From NCBI GenBank assembly GCA_964580505.1, contig CAZOKT010000001.1, forward strand, positions 1 through 36,916: a DNA stretch of 36,916 nucleotides, written 5' to 3'. Positions 36,684 to 36,916 of this stretch are shown piece after piece. The translations under genes were made by a program, and so were the position numbers. Source of the DNA: an uncultured Parabacteroides sp. (GTDB lineage Bacteria; Bacteroidota; Bacteroidia; Bacteroidales; Tannerellaceae). Position 1 is the stretch's first letter. The number at the start of each line of letters is the position of its first letter. The notes under the pieces were generated by a model. The model worked only from the letters and a program-made list of their open reading frames with translations, was not told the origin of the DNA and did no database searches.

Positions 36684-36916
36684 AACGTGAGTTCGATATA
36701 AGAAAGCGGATTACGACAGGACAACGGTTCCCTATTCATACCTTCGATGGAAATGCCGATTTCGGATGCTTTCTATGGCTTTTGAGGTAGCCTTTTTCTG
36801 CTTTTTATCGCATTCAATCTCTTCATACACCTTGAACTTACTAACTTCAGGGTGCGTGAACTTACCGCTTCATGCACGCTGAAATTTTGAGGGTTGTTTC
36901 TCGCAAAAATCATCCG
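36684..36916 (-). mobile_element. probable IS982-family-derived miniature element/remnant (runs off the window)
   Basis: end AACGTGAGTTCGATATAAG resembles, from memory, Bacteroidales IS982-family termini; the minus strand at the window edge reads DDFCEKQP, like the transposase N-terminal (A)DDFC joined to the C-terminal EKKP; no intact ORF. Confidence 0.55.

Overview
Mostly core chromosome of an anaerobic Bacteroidales bacterium. Gene content, the T9SS core, the rprXY pair and about a dozen TAnnTTTG promoter elements suggest a Parabacteroides/Tannerellaceae-like organism (inference). Left to right: murF-alr fusion and GSCFA gene (-); rprX/rprY two-component system; a Tat-signal TIM-barrel enzyme; tRNA-Pro(CGG); a UDG-family glycosylase and two hypotheticals; an RND efflux operon (MFP-RND-OMF) ending in a divergent lpxA paralogue; holB; an 8 x 42-bp palindromic repeat array; a degenerate FHA gene paired with a catalytically dead trypsin-like/TPR gene; PduO-type adenosyltransferase, DUF2795 and porPKLMN (gldKLMN); tcdA-lolD-like-NSS-MFS-pdxB; a HAD phosphatase; rpsA; and, at the right edge, a 19-bp perfect inverted repeat abutting a probable IS982-derived miniature element. 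The most unusual signals are: (i) the exactly phased 42-bp array, which has a lone sister palindrome at a predicted transcription start 8.5 kb away, shows codon-like variation, and supplies the stop codon of its neighbour; (ii) the efflux-linked LpxA paralogue that keeps the catalytic His but has lost UDP-GlcNAc contact residues; (iii) the pseudo-protease/pseudo-FHA pair. No cas genes, integrase or intact transposase are visible. All family calls come from motif recognition, not database searches.
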